NCBI RefSeq assembly: GCF_964355755.1
Contig: NC_092680.1
Coordinates: 6,820,001-6,884,000 of the forward strand
DNA: 64,000 nucleotides
Origin: Antedon mediterranea
Taxonomy: Eukaryota; Animalia; Echinodermata
Direction of reading: 5' to 3'
Shown: positions 23,488-33,580 of the stretch, piece by piece
Position numbering within the stretch: the first letter of the stretch is position 1
How the letters are laid out: each line of letters begins with the position of its first letter
Program-made: the position numbers and the translations under genes
Notes under the pieces: generated by a model
Seen by the model: the letters and a program-made list of their open reading frames with translations, nothing else
The model's database searches: none
What the model was told of the DNA's origin: nothing

Positions 23488-23800
23488 ACGGACGGCCATA
23501 CTGCGTTGAAACACCGGTTCTCGTCAGATAACCGAAGTTAAGCAACGTTGGGCCCGGTTGCGTTCTGGATGGGAGACCGTCTAGAAATCGTGGCGGGTGC
23601 TGTATATTCTGGAGAGTGATGGTGTAATGGTAATATCGGACTATTATCTGTACCATACTAATTGCATCCTTAGGCAAGATGCTTTACTCTCATTGCCTAA
23701 TCTGGTAGGCGCTGCACTGCTGGCTGCCGTGGGTCCGTGGAGGACCTAATCCTAATTTCCTCACTGAGGACAAATATTAATACAAAATACAAAATACAAA
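23488..23800 (+). mobile_element. 5S rRNA-derived (SINE3-type) chimeric SINE: 5S head, tRNA-like remnant, CORE-like domain and (TACAAAA)n tail
   Basis: 23488-23606 resembles a diverged animal 5S rRNA (ACGGCCATAC..CGTTGAAACACCGGTTCTCGTC.GAT.ACCGAAGTTAAGCAACGT.GGGCCCGGTT...TGGATGGGAGACCG...GGGTGCTGTA) and has no oligo-T terminator. It is followed by TGGTGTAATGG, then TTGCATCCTTAGGCAAGATGCTTTACT, then the tail. TSD TAAATAT lies at 23481-23487 and 23801-23807. Confidence 0.85.
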
Positions 23801-24968
23801 TAAATATGGAACTACCATTAACATAGAATTGAAAATGACACACTGTAGGCCCAAGTCGTCAAAATCGATCATTAACATTAACAATGATAGATGTAGGCAG
23901 CTAAGCCCTTACCAGTAATGTGCACTACACTAATCAGGTGACACCTAATCTATGTTATATTCAGTAATTTCAAAATATAAAGTTTTACAAAATAGATCTC
24001 ACGTACTATCGATATTGATATCACCGTGTCGATACCAGGTCAACACCGTCAGCTTGACGAAGTCACTCTCTTCAACTCCTAAGACATATTATCCTCCTAA
24101 GTAGGATCACTTATGTTTAATAGTTTTATGTTTTCAAATTTACAACTGATCCAACAAAATCGATATATACCTTCAACTTCCTGATTATTCTGACCGTGTT
24201 TGACACAATTAATATCAGATGCAACTGAATTGTACCAGTATAATTATTTACGAAGGTTGTATTGAACAATCGTGCAACAGGACTATTATATGATACCTAC
24301 CTCAAAAGAAAAGTGAAATTCTGATCCCTGGTTATAATAATAATAATATGTATATGGTCAATCTCGCGTACATCCTTCCCTATTTATAATCATTTTTGTC
24401 ACGTTTTTTTACAGTAGAATTTTTCGTCAACATTGTATAGGCCTACGGAGGCTAACTGTCCTAGATAGCTTAAGTTGATTGTTGGCTAATAGGCTCATTT
24501 CAATACTTTAGTTAGTTCCACCTGGATCATTGATTATGCAGTATAGCCATTACCAAGTATTATTGGCCAAATCTAGACAAAATGAAAGCTTTTTTTTTTT
24601 GGCCTTTTGTCAAAACTTAACTTATGAGTGAATATGCTTTAGTAATAAAGAAATACTAGGCCTATGTGTAATATTTAGAATTTGGACTGAATTTTCACAC
24701 AGCACATTGACCATGTTGATTGGATGGAGGGCGGGCTATAGTGGCTATACTTCATGAAACAGGTACGTGAAATGCGTTGAAGTCACATAAAACTACGCCT
24801 TATCATCAGAGAGATATTCCTGTTATTATCATTAATGTATGCTGTGCATGTTCAGAGGGCGTAGGACATTGGAAGTATTGTATTTTAGTTATTGTTCTTC
24901 TTTTGAGTCACTCTTCAGTGACTTCTACTTTTCAGTTCTGAACAATTATTAATTAGTATTACTATTAA

Positions 24969-25490
24969 AGATGTATTGTCCCTTGAAACACAAAAAAATG
25001 AAGGTCAAAATATATTAAATTTTAATTGGCCATATCAAAGTAATATTAAAGTTATTCACTTTAAGTCGAAAATTCAAGACAAAAACAACAATTTTACGTA
25101 ATTAATAGCTAAATTAATTTGATTATATTTCGTCTGGAAAACAAAGTAAACAAAGATTTCAAACCATGATGCTAATTAGGATTATTTACAACTTGTCACG
25201 GTTGAGAAGGTGTTTTCACACAGATCTCAAGGAAGTTTTATGATTATGCATACAGAGCAGCCAAATATGCGCATTGCATTATGAGATATGTTTTGATCTA
25301 AAACTTTGACTGGAAGTCAAAGTTATTTTTTGAACCAAAAAACGTCTAGTTAAATGATTTTTTTACCCGACTATTTTTTGGTGAAAGTTAATAACTATTA
25401 TGATACTTTAAAATGACCCACTTTTTTTCGAAATCTTTTTATTTTTATTATTTAGGAATTTGACAAAGGGGCTAGATGTATTATACATCT
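24969..25490. mobile_element. Kolobok-like non-autonomous DNA transposon
   Basis: TTAA|AGATGTAT ... ATACATCT|TTAA. A TTAA TSD with AG..CT termini is typical of Kolobok. The TIR is degenerate beyond 8 bp. Confidence 0.6.
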
Positions 25491-26059
25491 TTAATATAGT
25501 TATCATTTGTATTATATTTGCCTATTGTTCAGTAAGAAGTATTAAACTAATTGGAATTGCTTTAGTCTTTTAAATTATTGTTTGCTTAGTCTCGATGTGA
25601 AGTTGTAGGCCTATGTCTGATATTAGACAAAATCCTCTATTTATACAGTTTGGGCGGGCAGTTTGGACAGCAGAGGGATGGGCATAATGTGTGGATTTCC
25701 TCAACAAAAGCGGCCTTCCTCTCTCTGTCAGTCTCAGTCAGGTGGCGATGTTGATTTATTTCAAAGATAACTGCTGTTCTCAAACAGATTAACTTTGTGT
25801 ACCCAGGTGCTTTTTCACCGTATCATTGAGTTTTTTGTATCACCGTACTCGAACCTCCCCTATCTCCACCTATCTCTGGCATGGGATATTTCCTTCTGTT
25901 TGCAATGATTGTAAAAATGTTATCTAGCATTTAGATTTCAGACAAAATCATCAAGTAACGAATGCTGTTTGTATGGAGCCATTTTATAAAATTTACAGTA
26001 ATTGTGTTTTGTTCTTTTAAAGTCCACCAATGCCACTGCAGTTGCCTGTTGTGCTACTC

Positions 26060-26180
26060 TGGGGGGACGACGTGAGGAGGAGGAGGGAGGAGGAGGAGGA
26101 GCTTTAGAACTATAGCGGGCGCTACCACAAATGAGCGTGCGTACTGTACTTCCTAATTGCTAATAACGCCATTTTCACTG
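26060..26180 (+). promoter_or_regulatory. UBE2Q core promoter candidate
   Basis: GC-rich (GGA)n tract at 26075-26101, ETS-like ACTTCC near 26147 and YY1 consensus CGCCATTTT at 26167-26175, about 60 bp upstream of the ATG. Confidence 0.5.
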
Positions 26181-26233
26181 CTTTTGTTTAGGTCCCAAAT
26201 TTTATTAAGAAATACGTCAAATAATATGTAAAC

Positions 26234-29200
26234 ATGGCGTGCGTTGAAAATTTAAAACAAGAACTTAAACATCTAGAATCTATGTTCAAGAAAGATGACG
26301 TTCGGTTTCAAATTCACACTGCAAACATGGATGAACTTGTATGTAAGTTCATTGGGGCTAACAGAGAGAAGTTCGTCATCCGTTGCAACTTCACGGTGAG
26401 TTTTAACCGCAAACAGGTTCGGGCTTTGTTTCAATAATGCGGCTGGCACTTCTGTCCAGGCCTAGCCTAGCCAGTTTCCGTAGGCGGCTGAGTAAGTGGA
26501 AGTAAAATATAAAATACTAAAATATCATACAATTGTAAACGGCACATGATCCTATGCCTATTCTATGTGACAATTATAAATAAAACGCTGGGAATTATTT
26601 GTATATTCACTGTAGGCTGGGCCTATACTAAAACTAGGCAAGCTAGATAGAAACTGTAGTTAGTAGACCCTGCTAGGCTTACATCCATAGTAATAATAGT
26701 AATTGAATACTCCTAGTAAAGAGGTACAACAATGCTCTTTTTTAGTGTGTCTAGGCATGTTGGATAACAAAAAATAATGCACTATATAAATAATCCTTTA
26801 TTATTATTATTATGTTATGGTATATTGATGCTGTTTGTGCTATTTATACAGCAATTAGTAATTAATTATTCTTTTGTTTTTTACTTCAATTTGTTTTTCA
26901 GGACTCTTATCCGTCCTCACCTCCAGTTTGGTTTTCTGAAGTAGACGACCCTGTTATATCAACAGTAGTTACAGAATTATCAGAAATCAGAGGATCAGCA
27001 TCTATGGTATGTTTATTAAAGAATGAGTCATACAGTAATTATTACAGTTCTTATTCAAGGTTTCTTACACTGGCTCAAAATCAAACTTGTGATTTAACTT
27101 CTACTGTAACTAGATTTCTATGTAAAATACTATTGAACAATATATATCAAGAATGATTATGTTGGCCCACTAATATTGGCTGTTCTTTATTGTATTATTA
27201 ATATCATTACTTTAAATTGAATGGAAATTTTGAGTAATACTGTACTGGTGTGTACAGTAGTCAGTTTACATACACTATTTGATCACACATAACTGTATAA
27301 AAAGAAAGACAATTTAATATATTGCATGTACAGTATTTATTACCTTAAAATCATAATGACCTAAAAAAGTAGTAAATCACAAAATAGACATAGCCCAATA
27401 ATAAAAATATTTAAAGAATGTAAGGAAACAGACTTGGCCTACTGTAGAGTCAACAAAGGCTAGTACAAACAAAATTGATTTCCTTGTATAAAATGTGTGT
27501 TTACACTACACAATAGATCCGAGAGTGTTTATTACAGTAGAACCCCATTAAGGGGACACCTTCAGGATTAAAATAAGTTACCCCTTTGGAGGGACCCAAC
27601 AGAGTGTTCCTTAATAAGGGGTTTCCCCTTAATATGGGTTGACTGTGACACTAGTTAAAACATATACTTACCTCATTAGTTTTATTGGAAAGTGTCCCTT
27701 ATACAGGGGTGTCCCAATTCATATACAGTACAGTACATATACTGTAATATACAGTACATTTGTTGCTGTGTAAACACACTACAAAATGTTTTATTTGACT
27801 ATTAAGCCAACATTATTTATTAATCTTTGGTTGTACTGTTGTTTGATTCATCGTTTTCAAAATTATGAATAATTAAAGACGATATCCGAATCATCAATAT
27901 TTTGTTAAGCATTGTTGGTTGATGGTCTTTATTTTGTAGTTATTACGAATGGTAAGAAAATTAGTAAGAGAACTCTGCAAACTACACAACGTTCCGGAAC
28001 CACCTGGGTTAGGAAGGCTAGATGTTGAGATTCTACCAGAGGTAAGTAAAATACGTAGAGGTTATACAACTAGAGAGACAACTAGATGACAGGGAAGTTA
28101 TGTGTGCAGGGTAGTGACCCCTGGCTGCCTTATTGTTAGTTATTTCAAATTGATAATTTCGAAATGTATGATAACCACATAAGCCAGTGCATTAAGTACT
28201 TTATTCGCTCAAGCATTGTAAAATTGTAATTAAATTAATATTTATTAAAACAATAAGTATAAATTTAATAGTAGTTTTTCTGTTTCCATTCAGAGTGACT
28301 TTTAAATGGACTAAAATTTTAAAACTGAGTTAACAAATATATTTTTGTTTTATGTTTTAGTCATCATTCCAAAATGATTTAGACATGAGTTCAGCCGATG
28401 AGGATGAGGAAGATGGAGAAGGGGAAGAAGACGAAGATGAGGAGGATGAACAAAATTATGAAATGGAAGAGGAACCACCGTAAGTATCTTAGTAGAACTA
28501 CCTTACAGAAAGAAAATCCCCTTCATTTCTCTGCTTAAGCTTTCATAGCCTACAAATTGGTAGATCACAGGGTATTATTCTATACTGTATAGCCTAGTAT
28601 TTTTACTCGGGGTACCCGAGTCTAGGACTCGCTCATCATCTCCATCTGGACACTATTGAGTCAAGTTTCAAGTCCTACTAGTTCTTTACGCGTCGTCTGA
28701 CGGCTCTAAAACATGGCATGCATATACTAGGGTAATAGGTGAACAAAGCTATAGAGAGAAATTGTTTGTACTTCAACCGGAGTACATAAACATGGTACCA
28801 ATCGAAAAAATTGCGATTTATAAAGTACTACTCCTCTCTTATTCGTTGTAGTATTGAGCTGGGATTTGGCATGGGTATACTACAGGGACATGTCCTCAAA
28901 GCTATAGATTTTTTTATTTCAAACTGGATGCAGCCATATGACGTCTCGAAGATGGTACCTTGGTGCCAAATGATTTTTGTTGTAATATAGCCATGTTTGG
29001 TGTCATTTCAAAGGTCTTGACTTGGAGAATAAGAATATACAGTAAAACCTATTTATGAGATTGTGACATCCCTTCTGCTTTCGGAAATAGCAAAAAAATA
29101 GCAGTATTTGGTAGCGAGGTTATTGATGTGTATGTGAGGTTACAGCCCGTCTTATGACGTCATTACAGCTTCTTTTGCTGTACCCTGATTCGTGCTTGTT

Positions 29201-32200
29201 TCTATTTATCCGCTTTTAAGTATGTAAACACTCACAGAAAAAATTACAGTATTACCATACTACATTTACTTTACCTAAGAATTAAGGAATATTATATACT
29301 TTGATGTTCCTTTTGAGCAGTTTACAACTTGGTCCTCCGCCAGTCAAAATTAACTAATTTAATCCACACCTTGTTGCTTCATAAAAAACATTGTAGAGTT
29401 GTTTATTGAGTTTACAAACTTCAGAACGAAGCTCATTGAAAGTTCTTTTTTGAGCGTGCTGTACGAAGCTGCAAAGCCGGTTTTTTTTCTACTAGAGAAA
29501 CCTATTCATGAATCTAAACTTCCTGAGCCATGATTGGTTGCGCATTTTTTCGCATTAAAAAATGTTGATAATTTGCGCAAAAATACATTTTGTGAGGTTA
29601 TGGTTTTCAATAATTGTGTAATACAGTCAAGTCTCCCAATACGGACTCTCTGAAAACCAGAAACTGTCCCAAAACCAGACTTCTCTTGAGGTCCAAAAGG
29701 TCCCAAATTTTTTTGTTACCATTAAAAATGGAAAATGGAACACCAGACATATTTGGCCAGCCCAAATGTGTCTGGTATTGGGAGAGTTGACTGTACAAGA
29801 AAAAAAATGTCCATGTCTTACCATGTCTTAATTCATTTAATTGTAGAGATGCATCAAAGGAAGATGATAGCTCCAATATTGATGCTGGTAATGTAGCTGT
29901 CCTAGAAAGATTAAAGACAAATCAAAGAAGAGATTATTTAAAGGTATTTTTATATGTTCTTAATATTCACAAATTGTGATCAGTGTGTATCCAGGATTTT
30001 GAGAATGGGTGCTGAACTTAACCTAATTTTCCATCTTTTGCATTGTATTTTTCCCCCGCTTCACATAATTTAACAAATACATTTTTATGACTGTCTGTAG
30101 AGGGCCTAATCCAAATTTTCTCAGTTTCCAGTTAAACTTGAGGATGAATATAAATACCTAACTTACCTTTTACTATGTAATTTAAATGGTTATAATTCTT
30201 GAAACACTTCCATCCAGAACATTCTTTTGTACTATTATAATGAGTCAATAATTATTAACTAAAGCATATGACAGTCACATGCTACTATAAGTAATCACAC
30301 GGTGCAGTTTCAATTCTGAAGATTCTTGATCTAATAATTGTTTTTTTTTCTTGAGAATCACATGTCTTCTTTATTCACTAGATAATGCGCACAAGAAAGC
30401 AATTATTCTGTATGGTTTAACCTTATTTAACCTATTATTTTTTAACCTGGAAGTTGGCATTAAACTATAAGACAAACATCATTGTCTTTATTTTTTTATC
30501 GCAGGGTTCTGTATCCGGCTCAATACAAGCAACTGACAGACTAATGAAGGAACTTAAAGAAATCTATAGGTCACGAAATTACAGAGACAAACATTACATG
30601 GTTGAATTAGTTAATGATAGTCTATACGATTGGAATGTGCACATATTTAAGTAGGTGTTTGTTTAACTATTTGAAATTAAAATTATTGGGAAAAAAAATG
30701 CATAAAACATATATTATGCCAAGTTAAGTGTTCAATACTTGATAGTAATAATTTAACATATTTATTACAAGAAGGTACTGACTTATAATTGACATATTAT
30801 ACAGTAATCTATGAAGATGGAACTAATTTGCATTTTAGTTGTCCATGTACAGTATAGTATAAATGCCACTATTCACTACTGTACATTATGTATTCTTCTA
30901 TTCAGTACAGTATATTTATGCTTATGTTTCTTTTTGTGTGTGTAGAGTTGACAAAGACAGTGCTTTATATGCAGATTTACAACAACTTAAAGAAAAAGAA
31001 GGCAAAGATCATTTATTACTAAATATGACATTTAAGGTATAGAAATCATTATATTCAAAATAATCGTTGATTTAGAGGCCATTGTATTATTATTTGTACA
31101 GTTTTACAAAAGCATGCACAACGATATGTCACAACCAGTGTACCCTAATGCACTTGTCAATTGTATGCACCACGATACGACCCCTGGGAGAGGTGCGTCG
31201 ATTGTTCAATTGTGCATCATACCTTATAAATACCATGACATGACTTACCTTTAGGTGACCATGGCGCACCCTTTAGACGCACTGTTACCATGTTGTTCAT
31301 GATACGGTGGGTGGTAAACTGACGGACATTGACACACCATTGTTCATGGATGTGACGTACCATTTAGGTCTCCACCTCTCCCGAGTGGTCGTATAGTGGG
31401 TCATACAATTGACAAGTGCAACTACAGTGGCCTGAAATTCCAACTGGCCAGCATTTTTGCTGGGTACAGTTTTATAATGTTGATTACATATTTATTGCTC
31501 GATAATATTCTTCTTGGGTTTTTGTTTTTGTTTACCATAAACTAATAATAACTGTTATTTACTAATGCTAAATTTGTTACATAATATCATGTCTTATTTT
31601 AGCTGGTTTCACATAACATCATATATAGAGGGCTCACTTTAAATTCAATTAATTTTGCTTTTCTTGTAGGATAATTTTCCATTTGATCCACCTTTCATAC
31701 GAGTAGTTTTTCCGGTACTAACTGGTGGATATGTACTGGGAGGAGGTGCCATATGCATGGAGCTATTAACTAAACAAGGCTGGAGTAGTGCTTATAGTAT
31801 CGAATCTATTATAATGCAAATAGGTGCAACACTAGTTAAGGGCAAGGCTAGGATACAATTTGGAGCCTCTAAGGTAATTTCTTTCATTTCAGTAACCATC
31901 TACCAACATGTTTAATCCTAATTCATGTTTTCTAATCTGCAAGAATAACTAATTGTTACATGAATAATTTTACCTAGTCATAAGATTTTCATGCTCTAGT
32001 TTTCCATGGTGTAAGGAAATGTACTGACCATTAACAAAAATCATTAGAAAAATATGCATGAATGTGCAGATCACTGTGGTACATCAATGTTACAATATAA
32101 CATGGAAACACTTGCACACGGTTGTACCAAGGTAACAATTTGTTACAATATATTACATTTTGTATAAAGATGTATTTGAATCAGGGTTTTAATTTATCAC

Positions 32201-33580
32201 ATGCCCTGTGAATGATCATACCCAGTACCGTTTTGATTGGGAAACCACCTCACAAAGTCAAAGAAATATGTTACATTTTGTATAAAGATATATGTACCTG
32301 TGATTGGAATCAGGGTTTTAATTTATCACATGCCCTGTGAATGATCATACCCAGTACCGTCTTGATTGGGAAACCACCTCACAAAGTCGAAGAAAGTTCA
32401 ATCTCGGGTCCATTCTGTAGTCACCACAGATTGACTTCTTCATCAATACTTCTATAAATAGATGATTAGTTGGGAACATGAACGCTAGTTGATCATACCT
32501 AGTACCGTTTTGATCGTACGATCATACGGGAAAACACCTCGCAACAAAATAACCATGTATTCATTTAAATATGTGATGTTTATTTTGTAGTTTGAGCTCT
32601 TTGTTGATGCAACACTTGGTATCCCACTATGTAAACAAACCTATGTACCCATTTTCTATCAATGTATTTATTTAATTAAACACCTTCTATGCTCTTTTCA
32701 GAGTCAATACAGTTTAGCCAGGGCACAGCAATCATTCAAGTCATTAGTTCAAATTCATGAAAAAAATGGTAAGTTAGAATAATCTATAATGAACCCATAA
32801 TTCATAATCTTGAAAATATATAATTTCAGTGGTTCTGTAGAACTGCAAGTGAAATGGGATAAGATTTCACAAGAAGGGCGTGTGGCGCAGTGTGTTGGAC
32901 GTTCGTCTACTGATCGAGGCTCGAATCCAACTCTCGCCGCATTGCTTGTATCCTTAGGCAAGATACTTTACTTACGTTTGCCTCTCTCCACCCAGGTGTA
33001 TAAATGGGTACCCGGTTAGAGATCAAGACACAACTTTGCGCTGATTACTAGCTGCATTATGGGAGTAGGTTTCCATACGTGTTTGATCCAAAAAATGACT
33101 GGGTTAATAATGTTCAGCACATTGAGAGCTTGCTTATATGCGCTATATAAGAATGAACTATTATTATTATTATCAAGCTTTGTTGCTTATTTTAAAAGTG
33201 AATGATTGAGAAGAGAATTACGTTTCCTCAATTGATTGGATTTTATTTGGTTTCAACATAAGATTACAAGACAGTATGAATACAAACAATTTACAAGTAA
33301 ATACATTAAATAAAAAACCAAGGATAGCCCATAAAGTGGAAAGAAAAATCAAAAAATCAACTTAATTCCAAAGGGGTCCTTTAAAAAACAGCATAGACAA
33401 TCAACAAACAGAATAAATATACAAATCAAACACGCATCACAATAAAATATGGCAGAATATATACAATTTAAACATTTTAAAATATATCTGTTGGGATACA
33501 GAAACCCATTTTCATGTCAGAAACGTGCCATATTTCTTTCTTTTACAGGTTGGTTTACACCACCAAAGGAGGAGGGTTGA
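26234..33580 (+). CDS. UBE2Q: Ubiquitin-conjugating enzyme E2 Q (UBE2Q1/UBE2Q2 pro-orthologue), about 374 aa, 10 coding exons
   Basis: Exons: 26234-26395, 26902-27006, 27940-28041, 28361-28479, 29847-29943, 30505-30650, 30946-31036, 31670-31873, 32702-32768, 33549-33580 (1125 nt, all GT-AG). RWD-like N-terminus (YPSSPPVWF), acidic linker, [24 protein letters not shown], active-site [18 protein letters not shown] and C-terminal [14 protein letters not shown]. Confidence 0.95.
27535..27645. mobile_element. Tc1/mariner-type (pogo/Tigger-like) MITE remnant
   Basis: TA|CAGTAGAACCCCATTAAGGGGACACC ... GGTTTCCCCTTAATATGGGTTGACTG. Related fragments lie near 21620-21770, 41387-41540 and 61895-61935. 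Confidence 0.6.
29624..29793. mobile_element. Tc1/mariner-type MITE with TA TSD
   Basis: TA|CAGTCAAGTCTCCCAATAC ... GTATTGGGAGAGTTGACTG|TA. Confidence 0.85.
31149..31420. mobile_element. MITE with TIRs of about 45 bp
   Basis: TGCACTTGTCAATTGTATG.ACCAC.ATACGACC.CT.GGGAGAGGTG ... CACCTCTCCCGAGTGGTCGTATAGTGGGTCATACAATTGACAAGTGCA. Confidence 0.8.
32152..32545. repeat. Local tandem duplication of about 120 bp (2 copies plus a degenerate third) in a UBE2Q intron
   Basis: TTACATTTTGTATAAAGAT...GAATCAGGGTTTTAATTTATCACATGCCCTGTGAATGATCATACCCAGTACCGT.TTGATTGGGAAACCACCTCACAAAGTC at about 32153 and 32271, with a partial copy near 32490. Confidence 0.85.
32876..33173 (+). mobile_element. tRNA-derived CORE-SINE with L2-like tail
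   Basis: A box TGGCGCAGTG and B box GGCTCGAATCC. CORE-like GTATCCTTAGGCAAGATACTTTAC...TGCCTCTCTCCACCCAGGTGTATAAATGGGTACC. Tail GCGCTATATAAGAATGAAC(TAT)n. Confidence 0.85.

Noticed and set aside
23488-23606. Functional 5S rRNA gene
   Set aside because: It has substitutions in conserved helices, lacks the oligo-T terminator, is a single copy, and runs into a SINE body bounded by a TSD.
29506-29876. Three overlapping minus-strand ORFs
   Set aside because: They cover a MITE and the antisense of a UBE2Q exon and show no recognisable protein features.
32200-32545. Intronic C/D snoRNA cluster
   Set aside because: I found no convincing RTGATGA and CTGA box pair with a terminal stem. A local tandem duplication explains the pattern.
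32876-32940. tRNA gene (also the tRNA-like heads at 7487 and near 48415)
   Set aside because: No complete cloverleaf can be formed. These are SINE heads or fragments.
32948-32957. U12 donor-like GTATCCTT in the last UBE2Q intron
   Set aside because: It is part of the CORE-SINE, and the gene splices in frame through ordinary GT-AG sites at 32769 and 33548.
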